Of a stretch of DNA of 31,568 bases, positions 9,508-19,332 are shown piece after piece. Source of the DNA: a virus (lineage: Duplodnaviria; Caudoviricetes). The stretch's first letter is position 1. Each line of letters starts with the position of its first letter. Where the stretch lies: positions 1-31,568 of IMG/VR virus record IMGVR_UViG_3300032266_000996. One strand, given 5' to 3'. The translations under genes were made by a program, and so were the position numbers. The notes beneath the pieces are model-generated. The model was not told the DNA's origin, did not search any database, and worked only from the letters and a program-made list of their open reading frames with translations.

Positions 9508-11610
9508 ATGGCGTATAATGTAAATTACAGCGATGTTAATACTAAAACACCAATTCGGGTAGAAGACAATACATCCAACACAGACACTAGTTTAGTATTG
9601 CCTGGTAGAAACGTCACTGGGTATGGGCGTATCATTGCAGAAAATTTTCTTCATCTTTTAGAAAATTTTGCAAGTCCTTCTGAGCCAGTTAACGCAGTTG
9701 AGGGACAGCTTTGGTATGATAGCAGCACTGGTACGTTAATGATTAACGACGGCACCGGGCTTTCCGGATGGAGAGCAGCATCGAGTATTCAAAAAAGTCC
9801 TAATGCACCTTCAGTGGGAGCTGATAAAGTTGGTGAGGTCTGGGTTGATACAGTAAAACAACAATTATATGTTTGGTCTGGTGCTGCATGGGTATTGGTA
9901 GGTCCAACATTTAGTTCAGAGGGAGGCCTAAGAACAGGACCGATAATTGAAACTATTAATGATTCTGATAATACGCCTAGACGAATTGTTAAATTTTTAG
10001 TAGAAGACATTCCAATTGCAATCATTAGTAAGGATAGTTTTACTCCTAAGGTTACTATTTCTGGGTTTAATTATATTAGATCCGGGGTTAATGTTACGCA
10101 ACCGGATGACACTTCTCTAGCCAATAATTTTGACGGTGGCTTATCGCCGGTAATTTATGGAATTGCATCAAGTGCGGAGGGTTTAAATGATGCAGGTATC
10201 GCGGTCCCAGCTGCAAAATTTTTGCGATCAGACAAACCAAATACTACAGAGTACGGTATCTCTATCAGAAATAACTCTGGATTAACACTAGGTGTAGATG
10301 GCACTTTTAAATTATCTAATTCTAATACATCTTCTAAAATATATAACGCAACAGCTGGAAGTAGTATCGATTTTGATGTTAACAGAAATAATGAACAATA
10401 TACAACATTGAGAATTTTAGGAGATAAAGTAGGAATTAATGTTGCCAGTCCTCAACAAGAATTAGATATAGACGGAAATGTTGCAGTCACGGGCAGTATT
10501 ATTGTTACTAATAATGAAATTAGTACCAACTTAGAAAATGGTTCTATACGAACAGCTGGTGGCGTCGCAATTTCTAGAAACCTTATTGTTGGCACTGAAC
10601 TGCAAGTTCGGGGTGATTCTTATGTTAAAAATATATTCCCAGCGGACACAGAAGTTCAAAATATAGGTTCAGCGTCAAAGAAATTTAATAATATATTTGT
10701 TAAAACAGTAAAGTCGGATTATCTTGAGGGGGTATTAGTCGGTGATGTATCCGGTAATGCACGAACAGCAACTAATCTACGACAAGTATCCACTTTTCAA
10801 TTATTAGGCGATGTGACATCTAATGTTGTTTCATTTGATGGAGCAGTCGGAGGAGCTACAAAACAATTTACAACTTCTCTAACATCTGAAATTATTAGTA
10901 ACAAGGAAGAACCTTTCCCTAACTTATCAACTGAAGATGATTTCGTTCTTGTTTTTAGATCTGGGTTGGGTCTGGTAAAGGAATCTAGGGATGTATTTGT
11001 TTCTGATCTTGCAGTTCCTATAGGTGCAATTATGCCATACGCTGGAATTAACGTTCCTTATGGATATCTGTTGTGTGATGGTGCAGAAGTTGAAAAAGCC
11101 AAATATAGTAAATTATTTGATATTATCGGAAATGTTTATGGTGCAACTGTGTTGGGGGTTAATACTTTTAAATTACCTGATTTAAGAGGTCGATTTGCAT
11201 TAGGTAAAGATAATATGGATAACGGAGAAACTGTTCCTACGACAACCGGTCGTCCAGTCGATTCCGGCGGCGGCGCCGCCGGTAGGGTGCCTGGGGCAGA
11301 AGGATCGACTCTTGGTGCCTCTGCCGGTGCTGTTAGTACTCAATTAGCTGTGGGAAATCTTCCTGATCATGAGCATACATTGACACCTCCGAATAGCGAC
11401 AGACAATTTAATTTAATACGAGTAGATACTGCAGTAGTTGCAGGAGCTGCACCAGGGCCGGGGCTAGGACCCACTGCGCCCGGTCAAGCACAGTATCTGA
11501 ATACTTCCGGCGGTGTTAAAACTACAGTTAGCCTGGGCCAACCGTTGAGTACTCTGAATCCTTTCCTGACAATCAACTACATCATTCATAGCGGGCCACC
11601 CGCATTCTAA
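9508..11610 (+). CDS. Tail fibre protein with C-terminal phage tail-collar domain
   Basis: Shared N-terminal module (GRNVTGYG...ENFLHLLENFA..P...GQLWYD). Tail-collar motif VPIGAIMPYAG...GYLLCDG...YSKLFDIIG..YG...FKLPDLRGRF at about 11014-11196 and terminal NPFLTINYII. GAGG SD upstream. Confidence 0.85.
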   Translation: MAYNVNYSDVNTKTPIRVEDNTSNTDTSLVLPGRNVTGYGRIIAENFLHLLENFASPSEPVNAVEGQLWYDSSTGTLMINDGTGLSGWRAASSIQKSPNAPSVGADKVGEVWVDTVKQQLYVWSGAAWVLVGPTFSSEGGLRTGPIIETINDSDNTPRRIVKFLVEDIPIAIISKDSFTPKVTISGFNYIRSGVNVTQPDDTSLANNFDGGLSPVIYGIASSAEGLNDAGIAVPAAKFLRSDKPNTTEYGISIRNNSGLTLGVDGTFKLSNSNTSSKIYNATAGSSIDFDVNRNNEQYTTLRILGDKVGINVASPQQELDIDGNVAVTGSIIVTNNEISTNLENGSIRTAGGVAISRNLIVGTELQVRGDSYVKNIFPADTEVQNIGSASKKFNNIFVKTVKSDYLEGVLVGDVSGNARTATNLRQVSTFQLLGDVTSNVVSFDGAVGGATKQFTTSLTSEIISNKEEPFPNLSTEDDFVLVFRSGLGLVKESRDVFVSDLAVPIGAIMPYAGINVPYGYLLCDGAEVEKAKYSKLFDIIGNVYGATVLGVNTFKLPDLRGRFALGKDNMDNGETVPTTTGRPVDSGGGAAGRVPGAEGSTLGASAGAVSTQLAVGNLPDHEHTLTPPNSDRQFNLIRVDTAVVAGAAPGPGLGPTAPGQAQYLNTSGGVKTTVSLGQPLSTLNPFLTINYIIHSGPPAF

Positions 11611-11621
11611 TGGAATAATAA

Positions 11622-13505
11622 ATGTCATATATTGTAAACAAAACAGACGGGTCGGTAGTTGCTACAGTGGCAGACGGCCAAGTGGATCAGCTCTCCACCG
11701 ATCTAACATTAATTGGTAAAAATTATAGTGGATTTGGTGAATTTCTTAACGAAAATCTAATAAAATTATTAGAGAATTTTTCCGATACATCCGAACCTAA
11801 AAATCCGATCAAAGGACAAATTTGGTTTGATTCTAACGAACTTAAACTTAAAGTTTATTCTGGATCACAATTTCGTCCTGTAAGCTCTGCTACAATATCT
11901 AGTACACAGCCCATTAATCTGGGAGTTGGGGATTTATGGTTTAATGATGTCGACCGCCAGTTATATTTCTTCGACGGAACTAACACAATTTTATTGGCGC
12001 CCGCATATACGCAGACACAGGGATTAAGTGGTCTGCGTGTTGACAGCGTATTAGATACTCAAAATCAAACTCGAGTAATTACTAAACTCTATGACAGTGG
12101 TGAATTGTTAGGAATTTTTTCTAGAGATTCTTTCCAGATAAAATTAGCAATAGCAGGATTTGGTTCTCCAGGTAAACAGGTTATTCCGGGATTTAATCAA
12201 GGAACTATATCTGGATTTAAATTTGATGTAACTTCAACCAATGCAGAAAATTTAGGAAATGAACCTGCATCTAATTATGTTAAAAGAAATACAGATAATA
12301 TTATTAACGGACAGTTAACTATAACATCTAATAATGGCTTGCTAATCGGTGATAGTCAGCAGGCTCAAATTGTTGTCGTTGATGGAAACATCCAAATACA
12401 AAACGATGCCGAGAATAAAAATATAGTTGTCAAGGTAAAAAGAGGAGCAGCCGTTGACGATGCAATCAGTATACTCTCGGCCACTCAACGTTTACTTGTA
12501 TATGGAAATAACCCAAACAGTACAGTTATACTAGGTGGGGATCTAACAGTTAACGGGGATCTAACAGTTAATGGTGACATGACTACTGTTAACACTTCTG
12601 TATTGACAATAGAAGACAAAAATATTGTGTTAGGTAATCTAGGAGATTCTAGTTCTAACAACGACACGTATGCCGATGGCGGTGGCATAATACTCAAAGG
12701 CAGTTCGGATCATGAACTTTTATGGAATAGGTCAGAAGCTGCTTGGGTTAGCACAGAGCATTTAGTATTAGAAATCGGTAAATCTTTAAGAATTAAGAAC
12801 GCATTTGGACAGGTAGTTGAAGTTATTACTGCTAACTCTTTGGGTTCGTCGATTACAAGTATTCCTGGTGTAACATCATTTGGTACACAAACGACCCTGA
12901 CTATTGGTCCTACATTACCTCCGGGGTCTGGCAATCCCCCAACGCCATATATGAGGCTTCGAGATAATAGAATAAGCACATTGCTTACAGATCAAGATCT
13001 AGAAATCGCTCCAAATGGTAACGGGAATGTAGTTCTTGTAGGTAGTCCGTATATTACGGGATTAGCAGATCCCCCAAGCGGCGTTGATTACAAGCAATAT
13101 GCAGCTACACGAGAGTATGTAGACCGCACTGTTGATTCGAAAAGTCTTGTGTTTAGCATGGACATTTCGGATGCAATATCCAACAGCGGCATTGCAGCAT
13201 TTTTAACCCAATTAGCACCTCCGGCTGAATATAGAATCGGTACTACGGCTAGAATATTATGTACATCGTTGGCCAACTCCACAAGTCCGCTGAATATAAA
13301 TCCCTATTTAACCACTGGTACAACTGAGTTTATAACACCAGATGCTCCGGGATCTACAGTACCGGGCGGTACAGCATTTGGCATTAGTAATGTAGCATTT
13401 TCTACCGCAACTATACCTGCCCCGGCGATATCGGTGTTTAGGGTTGTTAAAACTTTCAGACTTGTCGGTGCCAGCGGCGCCGGTGTTTGGTCATTTGTGT
13501 CATAA
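11622..13505 (+). CDS. Tail fibre-like protein, paralogue 2
   Basis: Same N-terminal module (LIGKNYSGFGEFLNENLIKLLENF...GQIWFD); GDLTVNGDLTVNGDMTTVN..LTIEDKNIVL fibre motif. Confidence 0.75.
   Translation: MSYIVNKTDGSVVATVADGQVDQLSTDLTLIGKNYSGFGEFLNENLIKLLENFSDTSEPKNPIKGQIWFDSNELKLKVYSGSQFRPVSSATISSTQPINLGVGDLWFNDVDRQLYFFDGTNTILLAPAYTQTQGLSGLRVDSVLDTQNQTRVITKLYDSGELLGIFSRDSFQIKLAIAGFGSPGKQVIPGFNQGTISGFKFDVTSTNAENLGNEPASNYVKRNTDNIINGQLTITSNNGLLIGDSQQAQIVVVDGNIQIQNDAENKNIVVKVKRGAAVDDAISILSATQRLLVYGNNPNSTVILGGDLTVNGDLTVNGDMTTVNTSVLTIEDKNIVLGNLGDSSSNNDTYADGGGIILKGSSDHELLWNRSEAAWVSTEHLVLEIGKSLRIKNAFGQVVEVITANSLGSSITSIPGVTSFGTQTTLTIGPTLPPGSGNPPTPYMRLRDNRISTLLTDQDLEIAPNGNGNVVLVGSPYITGLADPPSGVDYKQYAATREYVDRTVDSKSLVFSMDISDAISNSGIAAFLTQLAPPAEYRIGTTARILCTSLANSTSPLNINPYLTTGTTEFITPDAPGSTVPGGTAFGISNVAFSTATIPAPAISVFRVVKTFRLVGASGAGVWSFVS
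12537..12571 (+). repeat. 18-bp period tandem duplication GGGGATCTAACAGTTAA(C/T) encoding GDLTVN x2
   Basis: Identical 17-mers at 12537-12553 and 12555-12571, followed by a degenerate third copy. Confidence 0.85.
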
Positions 13506-13518
13506 TCGGGAGCAATAA

Positions 13519-15639
13519 ATGTCTTATGTAATCAATCGATACAGCGGTTCGCAGTTAGTAGTAATAGACGATGCGACACTCGACAATACCACTAGTATAA
13601 ATTTAGTCGGTAGAAATTATACAGGATATGGCGAAATACAAAATGAAAATTTTTTATTTTTGTTAGAAAATTTTGCTAATTCTAATCCACCAGTTCGACC
13701 TATTTCGGGTCAATTATGGTATAATACCACAACAAAAACTTTAAACTTATATAGTGGTGATTCTTGGAGATCGGCAGCATCGGCAGATGTATCGAGTACA
13801 GCGCCGGATGCTACTCAAGGAGCTATCTGGTTAAACACTGCTACTAATCAATTGTTTATTCAGCACAATGGTTGGAATTTAATTGGTCCGGAAGTTGCAG
13901 AAGGATTTGGTATAACAAAACTTGAATCTGTAGTTGTTAAAGATCGAATCAATGTTGATCATGCTGTTATTCTTATTAAAATTGACGATACGGTAATAGG
14001 AGTAATTTCAAAGATAGAATTTGTATTATCGGATTCGACTCCTATAGATGGATTTAATACATTATTAAAAGGTATAAATCTCTTACAAGGTTATCAATTT
14101 AAAGGTCCCTTAATTGGTAATGCTTCGTCTGCTTCTAATTTAGAAACTGCAAGATCTATCAACGGAGTACCGTTTGATGGTACTAGAAATATTGTAATAA
14201 AGTCTTCTACTACTAAGTCTTTAAAAGCGGGAGATTTTATAGTAGGAAATGACTTTGACGGATCGGATACAACAACTTGGTCAGTTAACGCATCTTCTTC
14301 AAATTCGATTGGTAAAATTGTATCAAGAGACGCTTCCGGCAATTTTCAAGCTGGCACCATTACTGCTAACATTGTCGGGAATCATATCGGCTCGACAACG
14401 CACGAATCGGGTACTAGCAATTTTGATGTCATTGAAGCTAATTTGTTCAAAGGAGCAAACTTAGTAGGTAATGCATCCACTGCTACTAGATTAGAAACTG
14501 GAAGAAATATTAACAATGTTCTTTTCGATGGTACGCAAGATATAACTGTACCTGCCGCTGCATCAACATTGACTGGATTTAGATTATCGGCCACTGTGAT
14601 AGAATCAAATCTTACCACAGTAGGGACCTTGAATTCCTTGAATACTTTATCTGCAGGAGTCTCTATAGAAGATACACAATTAAAGTTATATCACAATCTA
14701 TTAGAAAATAAAGTATTTGTTGAAACGGAAAATACTAATGGTATAAACATACGAGTGAAAGACGAATCAATTCCGCAAGGAGTCACTGATTTATTTTTTG
14801 TTAATGGTCTTACAGCTGAATCTCTAGGAGCAGAACGTCGTGCGCTAATTTCGCCTGCTATAAATTCTGGAATAAATCTTGGATCTTTTTATAGAAGGTT
14901 TAACAAAATTTATGCAAATAACACATCGACTCCGATATTAGCCACTGAGGAAATCAATAGCACAGCTTCGAACAATAACATCACGATGGGCAGCAATTTA
15001 ATTGTCAATGGCGATCTTACTGTAAATGGGACCACCACAACAGTTAATTCTATCGAAGTGGCTATTGATGATAAGACATTGACTATTGCTAATGATTCGA
15101 CCACTCAACAGATAGCAGACGGCGCCGGGATTATCATCAACGGCGCTAATGTTAGATTGCTTTACAGCTCCACTGGTGATAAGATGACTCTAAACAAACC
15201 GCTGGATCTCGGTACTAATAATTTTGTTACAACTGGTTCATTTGTAGGCACGGCAACATCGGCAAGATATGCCGATTTAGCTGAAAATTATGTAGCAGAT
15301 GACGATTATATTCCGGGTACAGTATTGGAATTCGGTGGTAATTTTGAAGTCACTCTAGCGTCGGACGGGACTACTAGAGTGGCAGGAGTTGTCACAACTA
15401 ACCCTGCGTATCTCATGAACAAAGATTGTAAGGGCGAATATATAGCAGCGATAGCTTTACAGGGTAGAACTCCTTGTAGAGTTAGGGGTAAAATCGAAAA
15501 AGGGGATATGTTAATCAGCGCTGGAAGCGGTTTTGCAAGGGCTTGTCGATCTCCTCAAATTGGAACGATTCTAGGCAAAGCCCTAGAATCGTTCAACGGT
15601 GTTGAAGGTGTTATTGAAGTAGTCGTAGGTCGATTATAA
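13519..15639 (+). CDS. Tail fibre protein with C-terminal peptidase G2-type intramolecular chaperone
   Basis: Shared N-terminal module; two LET.R.IN.V.FDGT..I repeats typical of long tail fibres; C-terminal ARYADLAENY...PGTV...AGVVTTNPAYLMN...IALQGRTP.RV.G.IEKGD. GGGAG SD. Confidence 0.8.
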   Translation: MSYVINRYSGSQLVVIDDATLDNTTSINLVGRNYTGYGEIQNENFLFLLENFANSNPPVRPISGQLWYNTTTKTLNLYSGDSWRSAASADVSSTAPDATQGAIWLNTATNQLFIQHNGWNLIGPEVAEGFGITKLESVVVKDRINVDHAVILIKIDDTVIGVISKIEFVLSDSTPIDGFNTLLKGINLLQGYQFKGPLIGNASSASNLETARSINGVPFDGTRNIVIKSSTTKSLKAGDFIVGNDFDGSDTTTWSVNASSSNSIGKIVSRDASGNFQAGTITANIVGNHIGSTTHESGTSNFDVIEANLFKGANLVGNASTATRLETGRNINNVLFDGTQDITVPAAASTLTGFRLSATVIESNLTTVGTLNSLNTLSAGVSIEDTQLKLYHNLLENKVFVETENTNGINIRVKDESIPQGVTDLFFVNGLTAESLGAERRALISPAINSGINLGSFYRRFNKIYANNTSTPILATEEINSTASNNNITMGSNLIVNGDLTVNGTTTTVNSIEVAIDDKTLTIANDSTTQQIADGAGIIINGANVRLLYSSTGDKMTLNKPLDLGTNNFVTTGSFVGTATSARYADLAENYVADDDYIPGTVLEFGGNFEVTLASDGTTRVAGVVTTNPAYLMNKDCKGEYIAAIALQGRTPCRVRGKIEKGDMLISAGSGFARACRSPQIGTILGKALESFNGVEGVIEVVVGRL

Positions 15640-15647
15640 AATAAATA
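15640..15647 (+). promoter_or_regulatory. T4-like late promoter box (AATAAATA)
   Basis: Intergenic, 23 nt upstream of ATG 15671, with GGAG SD at 15660-15663 between them. Confidence 0.65.
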
Positions 15648-15670
15648 TAGTGATAATCTGGAGCAGGTAA

Positions 15671-17500
15671 ATGGCATATCAAGTAGATAAATTTAATGGT
15701 ACTTTTCTTGTATCAGTAGCAGACGGGACCATAGATAATACCACCGACCTACGGTTTGTTGGAAAAAATTATGCTGGTTATGGGGAAGTACAAAATGAAA
15801 ATTTTCTTCATCTTTTAGAAAATTTTGCAAATACTACTCAACCGCCCAAGCGAATTCCGGGACAAATTTGGTATGACAGCGGTAATAAAAAATTAAGATT
15901 TTTTGACGGTACTCAATTTAAAGCCAGTGCAGCAGAAGTTGGTATTGATCCTCCTACTAATCAATCCGTTGGAGATTTTTGGTTTGATACTAATACTTCT
16001 CAACTTAAAGCCTGGTCTGGCACTGAGTATATCTTAATTGGACCAGCGGCAGCACCGGAATTTGGCAATAGTTCGGCAGTTGGCGCAGTAGTTCAGGATA
16101 CCAATGGAACACCTTGGAGTATTGTTAAGCTAGTATCGGCAGATACGGTAGTTGCAACAATTAGTTCTAATGCAGATTTTATATTGAATTCAACGAGTGC
16201 TATTCCAGGTTTTACAAAAATAAAGAAGGGTATCACTTTAATCAATACCAATGATATTACCGGAGTTACTGCGCTTAGTAGTGCGTATAATTTTTGGGGC
16301 ACAGCTTCTAACTCGTTAAAACTTGGAGGTATTGATGCTTCAAATTTTCTGACTATCGATAATACAAATTTTACAGGAGTTGTAAATTTTTCAGATTCGG
16401 GACTGAGATTAGGCGATGATCGAGATCTGCATATTTTCGTAGAAACTAGAGATTCTACCGAAGTTGACTCGCTAAGAGATGAAGATCAGTTAGTCATAAG
16501 TCAAACCCGACGAGATGAACCGTTAACTTTCAGAGTGCAGGTCAGTGATGTTGTAAAGGCCAATGTGATGAAGTTAAGAAGTACTGGGCTATATCCTGCA
16601 GGAACTAGTCAGTATTATCTAGGCGATTCGAATAACAAATGGTTAGCGATTCATGCAGACTCTTTCAACGGCAATCTAAATGCAATTAATATTACTGCTA
16701 CTGCGATCAATTTGTCGGCTTCGAACTCGTATTTAAAAGGTAATCTTCGAGCTAGTGATGACTCTGTGGCTTTTGAAAAATCTACTAAGACATTTTTTGG
16801 AACTCTTGGAAGTATTACTTCTCGTTCTTTGGTCTACGGAGATTTAATCGGCGATGTAACCGGATCGGCCACAACTGCATCAAGATTGGCAACATATCTT
16901 CCAGATACAGCTTCGACGATCAATACAGTAGCAGTTCGAGATGGGTCTGGTAATATAACAGCCTCGGCTTTCTTAGGAACAGCATCGCAATCAAATCGAT
17001 TAAAAATTGATAACACAGCTTCTGACACAGATCCAAATTACAGAAGTGCAAAAACAACCGCAACGCCTAGCTCTATAGCTGCAAGAGATGCCAGCGGACA
17101 TCTGTTCGCTGATATTTTTAATGGAACTGCGACGGCTGCTAGGTATGCGGATCTTGCTGAAAAATATCTTACAGATAGAGAGTATGAAACCGGGACAGTA
17201 GTTACGATTGGCGGAGATAAAGAAGTTACCGCTTGTACACAAGGTGATAGAGCAATTGGTGTGGTTAGTGCAAATCCTGCATTTATGATGAATCAAGACC
17301 TAGAAGGCGGGACATATATAGCATTAAAAGGCCGAGTTCCTGTTAAGGTCACTGGTCCTGTGGTCAAAGGACAGCGGCTAGTTGCCGGTCCGGAAGGAAC
17401 AGCTCAAGTAAGACAGAATTTTAATGCTGATGTATTTGCAATCGCATTAGAGACGAATAATGAAAACAGTATGAAACTCGTCGAAGCATTGGTATTATAA
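15671..17500 (+). CDS. Tail fibre protein with C-terminal peptidase G2-type intramolecular chaperone, paralogue 4
   Basis: Shared N-terminal module (FVGKNYAGYGEVQNENFLHLLENFA...GQIWYD); RD.SG repeats; C-terminal ARYADLAEKY...GVVSANPAFMMN...IALKGRVPVKV. Confidence 0.8.
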   Translation: MAYQVDKFNGTFLVSVADGTIDNTTDLRFVGKNYAGYGEVQNENFLHLLENFANTTQPPKRIPGQIWYDSGNKKLRFFDGTQFKASAAEVGIDPPTNQSVGDFWFDTNTSQLKAWSGTEYILIGPAAAPEFGNSSAVGAVVQDTNGTPWSIVKLVSADTVVATISSNADFILNSTSAIPGFTKIKKGITLINTNDITGVTALSSAYNFWGTASNSLKLGGIDASNFLTIDNTNFTGVVNFSDSGLRLGDDRDLHIFVETRDSTEVDSLRDEDQLVISQTRRDEPLTFRVQVSDVVKANVMKLRSTGLYPAGTSQYYLGDSNNKWLAIHADSFNGNLNAINITATAINLSASNSYLKGNLRASDDSVAFEKSTKTFFGTLGSITSRSLVYGDLIGDVTGSATTASRLATYLPDTASTINTVAVRDGSGNITASAFLGTASQSNRLKIDNTASDTDPNYRSAKTTATPSSIAARDASGHLFADIFNGTATAARYADLAEKYLTDREYETGTVVTIGGDKEVTACTQGDRAIGVVSANPAFMMNQDLEGGTYIALKGRVPVKVTGPVVKGQRLVAGPEGTAQVRQNFNADVFAIALETNNENSMKLVEALVL

Positions 17501-17501
17501 T

Positions 17502-18398
17502 ATGGCAACAAATGGAGACATTATATCTAACGGTGATTATAATACCATTAGGAATAAAATTATCGATGTTATAGGTGCCGGATCTGGCAACTTTGGTTAT
17601 GGTCAGAATGTACAAAGTGCATCAGTTGTGCCCACTGAGCGCATTACCAAGGAACAGTGGGATAATCTAAGATTTGATATCATAAATGCAAGAATACACC
17701 AGACCGGTGAAATTCCGTCTATAGTACAGATACAAACCACAGATCCTATTAGATATGGGGCATCGAGCCCGAACTATCAATATGATACGTTAGCTGGACT
17801 AAGTAGAAATGAACGATTTAGATTAGGTACGGGTCAATTTATAATATCGTCTGCAACATCTCGGTCGACATCTGTTACTTGGAGTTCTTTTCAGACTATT
17901 ACTTTAGTAGTTACATTTTCTACTTCCCAAAGTGCGAGGTATTTTTTTAATTCTGGGGGTAAAATAAGATTTACTAGTACTAGGACAGGCGGATCTCAAA
18001 CACAACAGAATCAATCTTGGACCAACATATTGAGTAGTGCAGGTGTATTAGAGTTTGGTGCAACAACGCCAACTATTGGTTTTTACAATCTCACCAGTTC
18101 TGATCAAATATGTTTTAATTATTCTTCAACGTCGTCTTATGCATCGAATAATTATAAAATATCTGCACGATGTAACATAACCAATAACTCCGGTGGCGGC
18201 GCAACAGTAGTTTATTTTACTATTTCCTACAATGATTTATATGTCGATACACAGCCGGAAACTCCCCCTGGTGATAGTGTCGACGGAATATTGACTTTGA
18301 CTGTTGAACAGGTCAAAGCGGCCGGAACTCTATTGCCGACCGGAAGTTTTTCAATCATAGATCCCGGGTACTCGTTATCGTCATTCAGTGGTTCATAA
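17502..18398 (+). CDS. Ser/Thr-rich virion structural protein, paralogue 1 of 3
   Basis: Motifs DYN.IR, G.G..GYGQ, QWDNLRFDI.NA..HQTG and ARYFFNSG.KIRF shared with the next two ORFs; starts 1 nt after the upstream stop. Confidence 0.65.
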   Translation: MATNGDIISNGDYNTIRNKIIDVIGAGSGNFGYGQNVQSASVVPTERITKEQWDNLRFDIINARIHQTGEIPSIVQIQTTDPIRYGASSPNYQYDTLAGLSRNERFRLGTGQFIISSATSRSTSVTWSSFQTITLVVTFSTSQSARYFFNSGGKIRFTSTRTGGSQTQQNQSWTNILSSAGVLEFGATTPTIGFYNLTSSDQICFNYSSTSSYASNNYKISARCNITNNSGGGATVVYFTISYNDLYVDTQPETPPGDSVDGILTLTVEQVKAAGTLLPTGSFSIIDPGYSLSSFSGS

Positions 18399-18401
18399 TC
18401 A

Positions 18402-18409
18402 CTTAAATA
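18402..18409 (+). promoter_or_regulatory. T4-like late promoter box (CTTAAATA)
   Basis: TAAATA core at 18404-18409 in a 27-nt intergenic gap, followed by SD-like AAGGGTGAT. Confidence 0.55.
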
Positions 18410-18425
18410 AACTAAGGGTGATAAC

Positions 18426-19322
18426 ATGGCCGTAAATGATCTAATAAGAGTTCCAGACTATAATGATATAAGAAATGTAATAGCTCCGGTGATGAGTAAC
18501 GGATCTTCTACAGTAGGTTATGGACAAAATTTAAATTCAACAGAGGTCACAACAGGTAATTATGTTAGTAAAACACAGTGGGATAACTTAAGATTTGATA
18601 TAGTCAATGCCATTGTTCATCAAACTGGATCAGTACCGTCGATAACAGTTCCGGCGATAGGAGATCTTTTACGATTTTCGGCATCTCAGCCTAATTTTCA
18701 ATACCTGACATTATCGAATCAGGCAAATACAAACAGATTTGATATTGGTTCAGGGCAATATGCCGTAGAATCTAAAACTTCAAAAACCAATAGTGTAAGT
18801 TTTTCTTCTAGTATCAGTACTTCTTTTACTGTTAGATTTAGCGATTCTAATCAAGCTAGGTATTTTTTTAATAGCGGATGTAAAATAAGATTTTCCTCGC
18901 AGTTTGTTGATACACTGGGCACTAGTCAAAGTAGTGGCTGGACTACTATTCTTAATAACCTAGGAACTATAAGTTTTGGCGGAAATATTCCAGCGGTGAA
19001 TTTCTATAGTCTTACCAGCAGCGACCAGACTTTTTATTCTCAAGGTTCGTCTGGAACTTATTCTATGAATACCTGGCGTTTGCAGGCAAGATGCAATGTG
19101 TCTAATAACAGCACAGGTACTGCAACAGAAATAACTTTTACTTCGACTTGGATCGACTCTTATACTGATCCGGGAGAACCACCACCGGGTGACCTAGTAC
19201 AAGGATCTATGACATTAAATATAAGTCAGTTAAGAGCCACAGGAGCGTTATATCCAAATCTTATTGCAAATTCGTTTGCGATTACAAGTCCCACATATAC
19301 AACTCCGAGTGTGATAGCATAG
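18426..19322 (+). CDS. Ser/Thr-rich virion structural protein, paralogue 2 of 3
   Basis: Collinear with 17502-18398, same length (298 aa), same motifs. Confidence 0.65.
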   Translation: MAVNDLIRVPDYNDIRNVIAPVMSNGSSTVGYGQNLNSTEVTTGNYVSKTQWDNLRFDIVNAIVHQTGSVPSITVPAIGDLLRFSASQPNFQYLTLSNQANTNRFDIGSGQYAVESKTSKTNSVSFSSSISTSFTVRFSDSNQARYFFNSGCKIRFSSQFVDTLGTSQSSGWTTILNNLGTISFGGNIPAVNFYSLTSSDQTFYSQGSSGTYSMNTWRLQARCNVSNNSTGTATEITFTSTWIDSYTDPGEPPPGDLVQGSMTLNISQLRATGALYPNLIANSFAITSPTYTTPSVIA

Positions 19323-19332
19323 GTATGGATAT

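Noticed and set aside
17496-17504. TATAAT directly before ATG 17502 as a sigma70 -10 box
   Set aside because: It is made of the last codon and stop of the upstream gene, leaves no spacing to a start site, and translational coupling explains the junction.
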